A stretch of DNA of 64,000 bases from Eledone cirrhosa (lineage: Eukaryota). The notes below the pieces were generated by a model that was not told where the DNA came from, searched no databases, and saw nothing but the letters and a program-made list of their open reading frames with translations. The stretch is taken from the NCBI GenBank assembly GCA_964016885.1, contig OZ024743.1:378324001-378388000 (forward strand). Direction: 5' to 3'. The translations under genes were made by a program, and so were the position numbers. Shown one piece after another: positions 38,721 through 53,165 of this stretch; position 1 is the first letter of the stretch; every line of letters starts with the position of its first letter.

Positions 38721-41700
38721 GGCTGTAAAGTGGCGCTGGTGTTAGGAAGGGCATCCAACCAGTGTATCAATGCCAAAAAAACTTATCAGCACAACAGCAA
38801 CAAAACAGCATAGAAAAATATGAAGACGTCGCATCTCAGAGTTGCAACACTTAATGTTGGCACTCTCAGAGGTAGATCTGCTTAAATAGCGGAGATACTG
38901 GAGAGAAGGCAGGTGGATGTGTGCTGCGTGCAAGAGGTGAGATGGAGAGGTGCCTCTGCGAGACTAGTCGTAGGCAAGCGTCTTAGCTATAAGCTATTCT
39001 GGGTAGGTAAGGATGATGGATTAGGGGGAGTAGGCATTTTCCTGGCTGAGAAATGGATCAATAAGACAATAGAGGTAGTTCGAGTTAGTAATCGAATAAT
39101 TAAGCTTAGATTAGTTGTAGGTAGGAGACTACTGACAATCATCTCGGTCTATGCTCCCCAAGCAGGCCTAGGCAAAGATGAGAAAGACTGCTTTTATGAG
39201 CAACTTTTGCAAACAACCACAATGACAGAGGACGGAGACATCGTTATGCTAGCAGGAGACTTCAATGGTCATGTTGGACAGCTCCAGTATGGTTACACTG
39301 GGGTACATGGTGGGCACGGTTACGGTTCAAGAAATGAAGAAGGAGTGAGACTTCTTGAATTTTGTGATGCAAGTACATTGACTATTTGCAACACAAACTT
39401 CCAGAAACCTGCCAATCACCTAATAACCTACAAATCTGGTGAGCACATAAGCCAGATTGACTTCCTGCTAGTTAGGCAGCGGGACAGGCAGATAGTGTCT
39501 AATACCAAGGCATACCCTAGGGAAGAATGTACCCCACAGCATAGGTTAGTTGTTAGTGATATCTCAGTAAGCAAGAGATGGAATGAGACATATAGGAAGG
39601 TGTGGAGAAGAAAGGTCTGGAAGCTAAAAGACCTTTCACTAAAATTCAAATTTAGGAAAGCCCTTCAAGATGTATATGACGAAAAAGAAGACGATTTAGA
39701 GACGTATGACATAGATAATAACTGGAAGTTCTTACGTGACAACTTGCTGCAGGCTACTGATGAAACTTGTGGCTGGAGCAGAGCTCCAACCAGACAGAGA
39801 GTGACCTGGTGGTGGAACAGCACAGTAGATAAGGCTATTAGAGACAAAAGACTAGCATGGAAGGCTTGGAAAAAGGGTGGGAGTAGGGAAGAATATACAG
39901 CCACTAAGAGAGAAGCTAGACGTCAGGTGTACTTAGCACGCAGGGAGGCAGAGAGTAGGAGGTTTGCCAATGTTCTGCGACGGGAAGATCAGCGGCGTGC
40001 GGTGTTCCACATTGCAAGGCAGTGTGTCAATGCAAATCAGGATGTTGTTGGTGATAAATGTGTCCGGGATGATGCCGGTGTACTTAGTGTCACGAATGAC
40101 CAGAAAAAGGAGGCCTGGAAATGTCATTATGAGAGACTGATGAATGTGGAGAACGAATGGGAGAGAGAGAAATTACCCTTGGTAGATGCGACAGAGGGAC
40201 CAGCTATTGAGATTGACGAATATAGGGTCCAAGAGGCGATTAGGGAAATGAAAAATGGTAAGGCGGCCGGACCATCGGGAATAGTTGCTGAGATGCTGAA
40301 AGCATCAGGGGACGTAGGCACTAAACTGGTTGCACGCATCATCAATCAGGCTATATATGGTGGTGTCATACCCAAAGACTGGTGCAGCAGTATTCTCATA
40401 AATTGCTACAAAGGTAAAGGGGATGCTTTGGAGAGAAGCAATTATAGGGGTATAAAACTGATAGATCAGGTTATGAAAGTGGCAGAAAGGATTTTAGCAC
40501 AACTAATTAGAGAAAGGGTCAAACTAGATGAGATGCAGTTTGGTTTTGTGCCTGGGAAGAGTACAACAGATGCCCTCTTCTTGGTGAGACAAATGCAAGA
40601 GAGGTTCTTAGAGAAGAATAAGCCACTATACTTAGCCTTTGTTGACCTAGAGAAGGCCTTTGATAGGGTACCCCGATCTGTCATCTGGTGGTCCCTAAGG
40701 AAGCTAGGTGTTGAGGAATGGCTTGTGAGGACAGTGCAAACTTTGTACAGAGGTGCTCTCAGTAAAGTCAGGGTAGGAATGGAGTTTAGTGAGGAATTCC
40801 AGATACAAGTAGGAGTACATCAGGGTTTGGTCCTCAGCCCGCTCTTGTTCATTATAGTCCTCCAAGCCATAACAGAGGAGTTTAAGACTGGCTGTCCATG
40901 GGAACTTCTCTATGCTGACGATCTGGCTCTTATAGCAGAATCAGTAGAGGAGCTAGAGAATAAATTCCGGCTATGGAAACAGCAGTTGGAAGCAAGAGGA
41001 CTGAGAGTAAATCTAGCTAAGACAAAAGTGTTGATGAGTAGAAAAGAGGACAAAACCCTGATTCCGTCAGGGAAATGGCCATGTTCGATATGCAGAAAAG
41101 GAACTGGCATAAATTCTATAAAATGCACACAATGCAGGTCCTGGGTACACAAGAGATGTAGCGGGATAGCAGGCAAACTAACAGGTAGGGAGAAATATGT
41201 ATGCAGTAGATGTACAGGGAAATTAGACAGTAGAAGTCGCACTGATAGACACATTTTTCAAATGCGAGAGGGCGCTATAGAAGTGGTGGATAGCTTCCGG
41301 TACCTGGGAGATCAGATTAGCATGGGAGGAGGGTGTTCCGAGGCCATAGTATCTAGAATAAGGACGGGTTGGAAGAAGTTTAGGGAGCTGCTTCCTCTGT
41401 TGACGAAGAAGGGTTTCTCCTTGCGTACGAAAGGCCGGTTGTATGATGCCTGTGTGAGGAGCGCGATGCTGCATGGTAGTGAGACATGGGCAGCAACTGC
41501 AGAGGATATGCGACGGCTGGAGAGAAATGAGGCAAGCATGCTCCATTGGATGTGCAGTGTAAATGTGCGTGAACGACCCAGCATAAATGTGTTGAGAGAG
41601 AAACTGTGTCTGAGAGGGATAGAATGTAGTGTACGGGAGAGGAGACTGAGGTGGTATGGACATGTGATGCGCATGGAGGATGACCGATGGGTGAAGAAGT

Positions 41701-41916
41701 GCCAGGAAATGCCAGTTGAAGGAAGACGTGGTAGAGGTAGACCACGAAAAACATGGGCGGAGGTGGTGAGAACAGACCTCAGATCATTGAAGCTCGCGGT
41801 GGAGATGACGAGGGACCGTGACGAGTGGAGAGATGCTGTGCTGAATAAGACCCGTCTCACCCTTGCAAGCAGGGAAAAGCGGACGTAAAATGATGATGAT
41901 GATGATGATGATGATG
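38721..41916 (+). mobile_element. RTE LINE family B, near full-length
   Basis: Flanked by (TA)n on both sides; very short 5' UTR; ORF runs into the terminal hairpin and (GAT)n tail. Confidence 0.93.
38820..41888 (+). pseudogene. RTE-B polyprotein (APE-RT-PHD) with one early nonsense codon
   Basis: MKTSHLRVATLNVGTLRGRSA*IAEIL with TAA at 38883-38885, then open for about 1000 codons; HQGL replaces HQGS. Confidence 0.88.
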
Positions 41917-42036
41917 TATATATATATATGTATATATATATATGTATATATATATATGTATATATATATATATGTATATATATATATGTATATGTATATA
42001 TATATATATGTATATATATATATGTATATATATATA

Positions 42037-42275
42037 TTTCGTTTCTGAATTTGTTTAGCAAGATTGTTTATCTGAAATCGTGTGTTGAAACCGATATTGT
42101 TATACTTTGGGAGGGTCATGTTGCCAATAAGAAACACACGCACCAGATTTATATAATATATAATATTATAAATATTTATAATATATAATATTATAAATAT
42201 ATAATAAATTGAAGTGAATGCAACTGGTGCGTGTGTTTCTTATTGGCAACATGACCCTCCCAAAGTATAACAATA
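42037..42275. mobile_element. Penelope-like pLTR 3' end plus short inverted copy, in (TA)n
   Basis: Same family as 12691-13184; 42094-42145 is inverted at about 42223-42276. Confidence 0.65.
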
Positions 42276-42278
42276 TAT

Positions 42279-42358
<80 letters not shown>

Positions 42359-42382
42359 ATATATATATATATGTATATATAT

Positions 42383-43075
42383 ATGTGTAATAGTAATATA
42401 CGTGAACGGCAAAGCATAAACGAACTAAGGGGAAAATTAGAAATAAGAGGGATCGGATGTTGTTTACTCGAGAGAAGGCTACGTTGGTATGGTCACGTGA
42501 TGCGCATGAAAGACGACAACTGTATAAAAAAAGTGCAGGGCAATAAAAATAGACGGTAGCCACGGAGTAGGCAGACCCAGAAAAACCTGGGACGACCTGA
42601 TAAATTCCGACCTCACACACTTACACCTCTCCAAGACAATGTCACTGGACCGAGATCTTTGGCGCTACACAGTAATAGAGAAGACCCGCCTTACCTAAAT
42701 ACAAAGTAAAACCTACTACAGTCAGTAGGCACCTCTAACAAAATACACCCCGTCCCACCACCCCCACCCCATCCACACCACCCCTTTCAATGTATAGTTA
42801 TGTTGGTCCCACAACATCCAGGCCGAAACAAATGAGATCGTGTAGGTGTCACGACAAAAAACACACAGTCCACGCTGTAAATGTGGCCGTGTAGGCAACA
42901 CGGTAAAAACCTCCCAGTCCCACACTGTAAATGTGGTTGGTGTTAGGAAGGGCATCCAGCCGTAGAAAATCCGCCAGACAGTCCTATGCGAGCAAGACAA
43001 CCACTCTTGCCTCAAGTGGGTAATACTCCCGTCCAAACCCATGTAAGCGTGGAAGATGGACATTAAATGATGATG

Positions 43076-43081
<6 letters not shown>
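42383..43081 (+). mobile_element. RTE LINE family A, short 3' fragment
   Basis: [15 protein letters not shown]... plus 3' UTR and (GAT)n tail. Confidence 0.92.
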
Positions 43082-43130
<49 letters not shown>

Positions 43131-43629
43131 ATATATATGTGTATATATATATATGTGTATATGTATATATGTATACATTTGTATATATGTATATATATGT
43201 ATATATGTATATATGTATCTATATGTATATATCTGTATATATGTATATATGTATATATAGTCTCTCTGTTATTTACCATGCGACCCTCAGTTCCTACCCC
43301 CCCCCCCCCCTCTCTATGCACTTCTTTAAGGCTTACTACCCTGTCTTTAACCTAATTCATTCAATCTGAAAATATTGAAGAGATAAGACACTTTCCCATT
43401 CTTCTCTGCTAAAATGTATCACTAGAGCTGATTCCAATTTTTCCAGCCATCCATCTAATCTACGAAGGTATTTTAGCCTACATATTGTCGTTAATATTAT
43501 GATGTTCCCTGCTGTATTAGCGTTAAATTTTCCCTGCTGTATTAGCGATAAATTTTCGAGGGTTTCTCTTAGTAGTTTTTTCATGACGTTATTATTGTTA
43601 ATTTTACTGATGTAGTATTAACTTGGATA

Positions 43630-46600
43630 TTTACCTTGCGACCCTCAGTTCCTACCTCACAATTTCCCTCCCCCCCACCCCCACACACCACCATAGTCTA
43701 TTCGACCAATCAAACCTAGCATGCCATTTCCACTGCTGCTGCTACTACCTGCCTAACTAACTCTCTCCTCCTCTGGCGCATCCCAACACACCCTGCCATT
43801 ACCCCACCACCACTGTTCTTCTAGCCCTCAATTTTCCCACCGTTATGGATGGATGAGCTGGGAATACACGAGCAACTCTGAATCAATAGATGAAATATGA
43901 ATCTGCGAGCTACCAAGCACCCACGTGAAACGCCAACCCAGAGACCCTCCCCTACGAGTGTCGACAAATGCCCAAAACTCCGAGTTGGTACCATCAATGT
44001 AGGCTCAATGAAAGGAAGAGCAGGAGAAATCGTAGAAATGCTAGAGCGAAAGGAAGTTGATGTATGCTGTGTGCAAGAGACTAGATGGAGAGGAGGGTCT
44101 GCTAGAGTCCTTGTAGGAAAAAGCCAGTGCTACAAATTTTTCTGGGTGGGAAATGACGATGGGATGGGTGGTGTAGGTATACTATTAGCTGACAAGTGGG
44201 TAGATAAAGTAATCTCAGTGTACAGGGTAAATGCAAGAATCATTAAACTCAGACTAGTCCTGAATAAGACAATTACCACAATAATATCAGCTTACGCACC
44301 CCAATCGGGGCTGCCAGACGAACTTAAGGATAGGTTTTACGAGTCCCTAATACACACTACTGCTCTAACAGACGACAAGGACTTCCTAATCATTGCAGGA
44401 GATTTTAACGGACACGTAGGTAAACACTGCGACGGCTTCAATAGAGTACATGGAGGCCATGGAGTTGGCACAAGGAATGAGGAAGGATTCAGACTTCTAG
44501 AATTCTGCGACGCCAATGACATGTCGATATGTAACACAAACTTTAAAAAACCCGACAACCACCTGATCACCTATAGATCAGGGGAGCACTCTAGTCAGTT
44601 AGATTTTATCCTCATCAGAGGACGTGACAGATGGACGGTCGTAAACACAAAAGCCTTCCCTAGTGAGGAATGTACATCCCAACATAGCTTAGTTGTCAGC
44701 GACCTCACGGTCAGAACTAGACGAGCCCTGAAACAGAGGCCAACCTGGAGAAGAAAGATCTGGAAGCTGAAAGTCCCCTCAACCAGTAACAGATTTAAAG
44801 ATATTTTACTCAACGCCTACGACAATAAAGAAGAACAGATAGAGACATTTAACGTAGAAGAGAACTGGGAGTTCCTAAAAAATAACTTACTAGAGGCGAC
44901 GGATGAGGTTTGTGGCTGGAGTAAGACCTCAAGCAGGAGGAGAGTGACTTGGTGGTGGAACAATAAGGTATATGAAGCAGTCAAGGCCAAGAGACAGGCA
45001 TGGAAAGAATGGAAGAACGGGGGGAGCAGGGTACATTACATAGAGACCAAGAGGGAAGCTAGGCGACAAGTATACTTAGCTAGGAGGGAAGCAGAGGATA
45101 GAAAATTCAAGCATGTTTTACAACGTGAGGACCAGAAACAGGAGGTATTCAAGATTGCGAGGCAGTGTGTCAGAGATAGTTGTGATGTCATTGGAGAGAA
45201 GTGTATCCGGAATGATAAAGGTGAGCTTGCCCTCACAAGTGCTGAGAAGAAAGATGCATGGAAGAGTCATTATGATAGATTACTAAATGAGGAGAATGCA
45301 TGGGAAGAAGAGACCCTACCCCACGTAGACCCTATAGAGGGACCAGCAGTACAAGTCAGCGGCAGCGTAGTAAGTAAGGCAATCAGAGATATGAAGATAG
45401 GGAAGGCAACCGGTCCATCGGGTATAGCTGCCGAGATGCTGAAGGCATCTGGGTCTGTAGGTCACACTATAACCACACGTATCGTTAACCAGGTAATACT
45501 AGAGGGGGCCATACCAAAAGATTGGTGCAGTAGCATCATTGTCAACTGCTACAAAGGTAAAGGCGATGCACTAGATAGAGGAAACTATAGAGGTATAAAG
45601 TTGAGGGACCAGGTCATGAAAGTAACAGAAAGAGTTATAGCACAGCTGATTAGGGACCGGGTGAATATAGACGAGATGCAATTTGGGTTTGTACCAGGGA
45701 AAGGCACCACTGATGCCCTCTTCCTTGTGAGGCAATTACAAGGAAAGTACCTAGCTAAAAGTAAGCCACTCTACTTGGCATTTGTCGACCTTGAGAAAGC
45801 CTTTGACAGAGTTCCACGTGCAGTAATCTGGTGGGCTCTTAGAAAACTAGGAGTAGATGAATGGCTTGTGAAAGCAGTACAAGCCATGTATAGGGGAGCA
45901 GTCAGCAAAGTTAGGATTGGCAATGAGTATAGCGAGGAATTTAGCGTACAGGTTGGGGTCCACCAGGGCTCTGTTCTTAGCCCTCTCCTGTTCATCATAG
46001 TCCTGCAGGCAATAACGGAGGAGTTTAAGACCGGATGCCCATGGGAACTCCTGTATGCTGATGATCTCGCACTCATAGCTGAATCTATGGTAGAACTAGA
46101 GAATAAATTCCAAACCTGGAAGCAGGGACTAGAGAGAAAGGGCCTCAAAGTCAACATGACAAAGACTAAGGTCCTTATAAGTAGACGAGAAAACAGAACC
46201 CAGATCCCCTCAGGGAAATGGCCTTGCTCAGTATGTAGGAAAGGTGTAGGTAGGAACTCCATTCTCTGCCCCAATGCAAACAATGGGTACACAAGAGATG
46301 TAGCGGGATCTCAGGAAGCTTAATTAAGAATGTAGGATTCACATGCAGCAGCTGTGCTGAAACAGCAAGCAAACAGCCACAGGAAACAAGTACCACCAAT
46401 CTCTGGGAGGGCCTTGTAGAAACAGTAGACAGCTTCTGCTACCTAGGTGACCGAATTAGCAACGGAGGTGGGTGCTCAGAAAGTACAATAACTAGGGTAA
46501 GAACGGGATGGAAGAAGTTTAGGGAACTACTACCACTGCTAGCTGCAAAAGGCTTCTCCCTCAGAATGAAAGGCAGACTGTATGATGCGTGTATCCGAAC

Positions 46601-47324
46601 AGCGATGTTGCATGGTAGTGAGACCTGGGCGCTGAAGGTGGAAAACTTACGAAGATTAGAGAGAAACGAAGCTTGCATGCTCCGATGGATGTGTAACAGT
46701 AATATACGTGAACGACAAAGCATAAAGGAATTGAGAGAGAGACTGAGCATAAGAGGAATCAAATGCTGCGTGCAGGAGAGGCGGTTACGCTGGTATGGAC
46801 ATGTGATGCGTATGAAGGATGACAGCTGCATAAAAAGGTGCAGAGCACTAGAAGTTGATGGAAACCGCGGAGTGGGGAGACCCAAGATGACTTGGGATGA
46901 GGTGATAAAAGCCGACCTTACCCAACTACACCTCTCAAAGTCAATGACACATGACCGTGACTTCTGGCCTCACGCAGTAATACAGGGTACCTGACCTCCC
47001 ATGGGTACATGCTGAAGCATATAAACAATATGCCCCCACTCCCCCCACCGCAAGGTGGTCGTGGAGGTGCCACGGCAAAAAAGCACCCAGCCCACACTGT
47101 AAAGTGGACGTGTAGGCGCCACGAAAAAGCACCCAGCACTCACTGTAAATGAGGTTGGTGTTAGGAAGGGCATCCAGCTGTAGAAATCAAGCCAGATCAG
47201 TTCCTGTATGAGCAAGGCATGGTCAGCCGACCAGACACTGCCCACAACAGGACAACCCGTCTAACCCATGCTAGCGTGGAAGAACGGACGTAAAACGGTG
47301 ATGATGATGATGATGATGATGATG
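43630..47324 (+). mobile_element. RTE LINE family C, full-length with a frameshift in the PHD finger
   Basis: ORF 43897-46323 continues in a shifted frame to 46994; SINE-like 3' UTR; (GAT)n tail. Confidence 0.92.
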
Positions 47325-48529
47325 TATATATCTGTATATATGTGTATATATGTATATATGTATAAATGTATATATATATATATGTATATATATATGTATA
47401 TATATGTAACGGAATATTATGTGTGGTTGCAACGACAAGTGGTTGGCTGTAACTGTTGGTATGGTGGTTTCGGTGTAAATAAAAATACCAGGATTGTTGT
47501 TACAAAGTTTATTTTATTACAACAATATTCAATTTGAATATTGAATGATAAAATAATTGACACAAAATATTCATACAATAATTTGATGGCTCTTCGAGCC
47601 ACGTAAATTCAAATATCACAGAATACGATTATAATATGTGTAAACAGAAATGAATGGTGTGTGTACAAATGTTGGACTCACTATGAATTGCGTGTGTGCA
47701 GCGTATCAGTATATTTACTTATTTGTATTGCAGGAGTCAGCGATCTGCCAGGAAGGTGAGAATAGATGGCAGACTGGTTTTTCGTGACGAGAGCCTGTAA
47801 AAACGTCTCGTCTTGTCTGTATCCACTTCTTTTCTATTTTTGGCGTAAACAATCCCTGTCTTTATAAGAGTTGAAGTTAGAAGGATAGATATATCCTCTG
47901 AACTTTGGTTAGTCTCCCAAGGGATTAGTTTGCCAAGCGTAAATAAGTCAGAAAGATGGATATATCCTCTGACCTATTTTCTGTCAGGCGTAAACACCTC
48001 TGACCTGTGTTTAGCCTCTCCCAAGGGGTTAGTCTCCTGAGCGTAAACAAGTTACCATGGCTTGTCCCAGAGGCGGGAAAGCTCAGATTCGGTTTCGAAT
48101 CTTCGCCGCCGTTATAGTACCCCCCCTTCCAGTGAGAAAGCTAAGATTGAACAATCTAGGTGCATGTGAAATGAAGATAGATATGACTAGGTGTGTTGTT
48201 GAAGAAAATCAGTAAAAATAAAAAAAACATATGAAAGTCATTTACAAACAGGAGACATGAAAGAAAACATGCAAAGCAAAAGAAATTTACATGCATGAAA
48301 ATGTACTGTGATGTTACATAAAATTGAAAATGTTCGTACAGAAATTTGTTGATTAAAAGTTCGTTCATTTCATAGAAACGGAAAAATGTTCTTTTGTCTG
48401 TTCTTTTGATGTGGGTGATGCACAGAGTTAATTGATTTGTGTGTAGCAATAGTTCATGACCACAGAAATTGGCCGATTCGTTGACACGTACAAATTAGCC
48501 GAAATGTCGACCAGATGCATAATTTGTAC

Positions 48530-51500
48530 TTATCCGATAAACTTGTACGTATCCCATGGCGTGGGCCATCGGACTGTTCTTCCGGATTTGGTGTGTCGAG
48601 GTTGTGCAGAATTTGTCGTGTTTGTGTTGGACAAAGTTGTTGGTGAGTCTGCTGGAGAAACGGTGGGTACTGGTGGCAATTCCTGTTCTATGAACGCTTT
48701 TTTTAAACGATCAATGGAGACGGTATTTCGTTTCGCGTTCAAGTCGAGGACGAAATACTTAGGGCATTTCTGTATCACCTTATAGGGCCCGGAATACGGC
48801 GGACGAAGTTGCAATGGAATACCGTCATTTCTAACGAAAACATGCGTCCATGTATCGATGTCTTTTGCTATGTGTGAAGTAACGTGCTGTTGTTTAGGGG
48901 CTGAAGGAGACAGATGCGACATTGATGACCGTAAACGGTGCACAAATTTTGTAGGGTCTGGAAGTTCTTGTGGCGAAACAGGAGCAATCATTTGTCCGGG
49001 TAGAGTGAGTACGGTGCCATACACCATTTCAGCCGGAGAATGTCCGACTCCCTCTTTAACAGTGGACGAATACCAAGAAGAATGAGTCGGAGGTGTTCGA
49101 ACCAGTTAGTGGAGTCTTCGTAAGCCTTGATAGATGATTTTAGCTGGTGGTGTAAGCGTTCTACCATGCCGTTAGCGGCAGGGTGATACGCTGTTGTACG
49201 GATGTGTTGGTACCGAGGAGATGAGTCAGCTCGGTAAATAGGTGCGAATCGAACTGACGTCCTCTATCCGTAGTGATGGTCACGGGTGTGCCGAAACGCG
49301 AAACCCAGTGAAACACTAACGTTTTGGCGACAGTTTCCGCAGTAATATCCGTCAGAGGAAAAGCTTCTGGCCAGCGAGAAAATTGGTCGACACAGGTGAG
49401 AAAATGAGTGTAGTTGTGAGAAGGAGGCAAAGGTCCAACAATGTCTATATGCACATGTTGGAACCGTGCATCAGGTGTTGCGAAAGAGCCGATCGGGGCT
49501 TTGATGTGCCGGTGAATTTTCGCCTTCTGGCACACGATGCAGTTCCTAGCCCATTCGCGGGTGTCCTTGTGGTCGGTGTATATAGAGAACACACGACCTT
49601 CTAGCATGTGTCGAAAATGCTTGACAGCAAGGTATGCTGCCAATAATTCACGACTAAATGTGCTGTACTTAGTTTCGGCGGGTTTTAATCGCTTAGAGAA
49701 AAAAGATACAGGTCGCCAAATATCGCCAGAGAGTTGTTGAAGCACACCTCCAACTCCGAAATCGGATGCATCAGTCAATAAACACATTGGGGCGTCAGGT
49801 TTGGGGGTAACTCAGCATTGTAGCCTCGGACAACATTTTCTTCAACTCAGCGAAAGCGGTATATTCTTTTTCGCTGAGCTTGATGTTTGCGTTTTTGGTT
49901 GTACGCTGCCGCAGCAAATCTGTGAGTGGTTGGGCTGTCTCTGCACAGTGGGGTATAAATCTTCTGTAGAAGTTTATCAGGCCAAGAAATTCTCGCAGTT
50001 TGCGGAGAGATATAGGTTGTGGAAAATCAATGCTCAGTATGTAGGAAAGGTGTAGGTAGGAACTGCATTCTCTGCCCCAATGCAAACAATGGGTACACAA
50101 GAGATGTAGCGGGATCTCAGGAAGCTTAATTAAGAATGTAGGATTCACATGCAGCAGCTGTGCTGAAACAGCAAGCAAACAGCCACAGGAAACAAGTACC
50201 ACCAATCTCTGGGAGGGCCTTGTAGAAACAGTAGACAGCTTCTGCTACCTAGGTGACCGAATTAGCAACGGAGGTGGGTGCTCAGAAAGTACAATAACTA
50301 GGGTAAGAACGGGATGGAAGAAGTTTAGGGAACTACTACCACTGCTAGCTGCAAAAGGCTTCTCCCTCAGAATGAAAGGCAGACTGTATGATGCGTGTAT
50401 CCGAACAGCGATGTTGCATGGTAGTGAGACCTGGGCGCTGAAGGTGGAAGACTTACGTAGATTAGAGAGAAACGAAGCCTGCATGCTCCGATGGATGTGT
50501 AACAGTAATATACGTGAACGACAAAGCATAAAGGAATTGAGAGAGAGACTGAGCATAAGAGGAATCAAATGCTGCGTGCAGGAGAGGCGGTTACGCTGGT
50601 ATGGACATGTGATGCGTATGAAGGATGACAGCTGCATAAAAAGGTGCAGAGCACTAGAAGTTGATGGAAACCGCGGAGTGGGGAGACCCAAGATGACTTG
50701 GGATGAGGTGATAAAAGCCGACCTTACCCAACTACACCTCTCAAAGTCAATGACACACGACCGTGACTTCTGGCGTCACGCAGTAATACAGGGTACCCGA
50801 CCTCCCATGGGTACATGCTGAAGCATATAAACAATATGCCCCCACTCCCCCCACCGCAAGGTGGTCGTGGAGGTGCCACGGCAAAAAAGCACCCAGCCCA
50901 CACTGTAAAGTGGACGTATAGGCGCCACGAAAAAGCACCCAGCACTCACTGTAAATGAGGTTGGTGTTAGGAAGGGCATCCAGCTGTAGAAATCAAGCCA
51001 GATCAGTTCCTGTATGAGCAAGGCATGGTCAGCCGACCAGACACTGCCCACAACAGGACAACCCGTCTAACCCATGCTAGCGTGGAAGAACGGACGTAAA
51101 ACGGTGATGATGATGATGATGATGATGATGAATCGACTTTCTCCTTAAGTGGGCGAATACCATCTTTATCAATGATGTGTCCCAGAAAATGAAGGGACGC
51201 AACTCCGAACTCACATTTGCTGGGGTTGATAACGATTCTGTATTCACGCAAACATGTGAATAGGAGATCCAGGTGTTTCTCATCTGCTTCATCGGAGCTG
51301 CTGGCCACCAGCAAGTCGTCAATGTATGCGTATACAAAAGGTAGACCCCTGGTGACTGTATCGATGAATCGCTGGAATGTCTGCGCTGCATTTCGCAAAC
51401 CGAAAGGCATACACAGAAATTCGAACATTCCAAAGGGTGTTGTGACTGCGGTCTTTGGAATATCTGCGGGCTCAACGGGTATCTGATTGTAAGCTCGCAC

Positions 51501-52410
51501 AAGATCGATCTTCGAAAATATGCAAGCTAGAGAAGTCCTGTAGATGAGGCACTGGATAAGAATCAGGAACGGTGCAGTTGTTTAGTGCACGGTAGTCACC
51601 ACAGATTCGCCAGTCGTTCGACGACTTCTTGGGTACACAGTGTATGGGTGAGGACCAGTTGCTGCTGGACGGACGTATGATGCCGAGATCCAGCATGTGC
51701 TGAAATTCTTGTTTGACGGACTTCAGCCGGTCTGGTGGTAGCCTTCTAGGTCGTGCAGCGACAGGTGGGCCGTGAGTTTTTTATGTGGTGTGTGACATCA
51801 TGTTTTACAGGGCAAGCGTTGAATAGTGGTCGAGCTACGTCTGGGTATTTGTTGATGATGTGGTTGTGCCGGGTTGTTGTCGATCTTGAAATGACTGGAC
51901 TGTGGCTGTCCTAACGGCTATGCCGCGCACAACGAGACCAGTGGAGTTGTCAACGAGTCGTTGGTTTTTCAGATCCACTAGAAGCGAGAAGTGCTGAAGA
52001 AAATCAGCTCCTAAAATAAGGGTCGGCAGCTTAGCCACAACGAATACCCACTGGAAAGTGTGGCATAGTCCCAAATTTAGTGTCAGGGACTGTTCTCCGT
52101 AGGTCGGAATATGTGAGTGATTCACCGCTTGGAGCCAGGCTGGTGTCTCTCTCCTTTTTCCAGGAACGCAGGAAACCGGGATGATGCTCACTTCAGCACC
52201 AGTGTCGACAAGGAAACGCGTGCCTGTGACGCGATCCTGTATGAAAAATAGGCGACTTTGGTTATGAGGGCCAGAAACGTCTGTCGCATTCAGTTTCTGG
52301 CTGTGTCGTTTCCCTGATTTGTTTTCGAAACAAATGAACAGGGATGGCTGCACTTTTGCGCTCGTCTCCCGAATCTTTGGTGGTATCAACACATTTCTGG
52401 TGAATCTCAA
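48530..52410 (-). pseudogene. Gypsy pol, frameshifted, internally deleted and interrupted by an RTE-C fragment
   Basis: ORFs 51835-52410, 51472-51696, 51003-51500, 49795-50030, 49161-49787 and 48530-49027 (GPY motif). Confidence 0.9.
50031..51130 (+). mobile_element. RTE family C 3' fragment nested in the Gypsy RT
   Basis: Near-identical to 46225-47324; splits EKVD|IDFPQP. Confidence 0.95.
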
Positions 52411-53165
52411 GATGCGCTGGGACTTCTTGAGTGACCACCAAATCGGCGAGTTCGGCTGTTGGACCGACGTGTGGCAGGGTTGCCCAGTGACAAGGCCTGA
52501 ATTTGTTGCGTCAAGGCCTGTATCTGTGTTGCTTGCTGTGCCAGTAACTGGTGTAGATCGGGCATCTCTGTGGCACTGGAGGGCTGAAGGAAAGGATTGG
52601 TGGAAGGCACGGCTGGCGTCACATTCGCTAAAGTTGAGTGCAGATGTGGTACCTCCATGATCTTATCTGCCAGCTCGGCAAGTTCTTCTATGGTGGTGGA
52701 CTCCCTGGTGGATGCTAGTAAAACTTGTGTGGCAGAAGGTAAACGCTGGAGGAAGAGTTGCTCGAAAATTTCATCCGGGAGTTTATGTTCACCCAGAAGC
52801 TGCTTCATTTTCCGTAGGAGTTGCGTCGGCTTTTTATCTCCTAATTCCTCCGATATGAGGAGCTGGTGCAAACGCTTCTGCTGCGACTCCGACGTCCGCT
52901 TAACTAATGTTCTTTTAAATGTGTCATATGACACAGAGCCGGGTCGTGCTAAAATGAGGTCTCGAACCTCATTCATAATCTCCGGAGACATCGAACCGAT
53001 GAGATGTGTGAGACGGGATGCCTCGCTAACGATCCGGTTTGATGCGAACTGTGCTTCGATGTGCGCGAACCACAGTGTTGGATCATGCAGCCAGAATGGT
53101 GGAATCCTTAATGTCGCCCTGACTACCATTTCTGCCGTAGATGAATCGTCATGTGCTAGAGACAT
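52407..53165 (-). CDS. Gypsy gag-like protein
   Basis: LRIPPFW..DPTLWFAHIEAQF, EELGDKKPTQLLRKM, LFLQRLP, ELAELADKI. Confidence 0.85.
   Translation of the reverse strand: MSLAHDDSSTAEMVVRATLRIPPFWLHDPTLWFAHIEAQFASNRIVSEASRLTHLIGSMSPEIMNEVRDLILARPGSVSYDTFKRTLVKRTSESQQKRLHQLLISEELGDKKPTQLLRKMKQLLGEHKLPDEIFEQLFLQRLPSATQVLLASTRESTTIEELAELADKIMEVPHLHSTLANVTPAVPSTNPFLQPSSATEMPDLHQLLAQQATQIQALTQQIQALSLGNPATRRSNSRTRRFGGHSRSPSAS

Noticed and set aside
43271-43660. About 28-bp direct repeat (ATTTACC.TGCGACCCTCAGTTCCTACC) around a 75-aa minus ORF
   Set aside because: Cannot distinguish a TSD from an RTE-C 5' duplication; the ORF has no recognisable motif.
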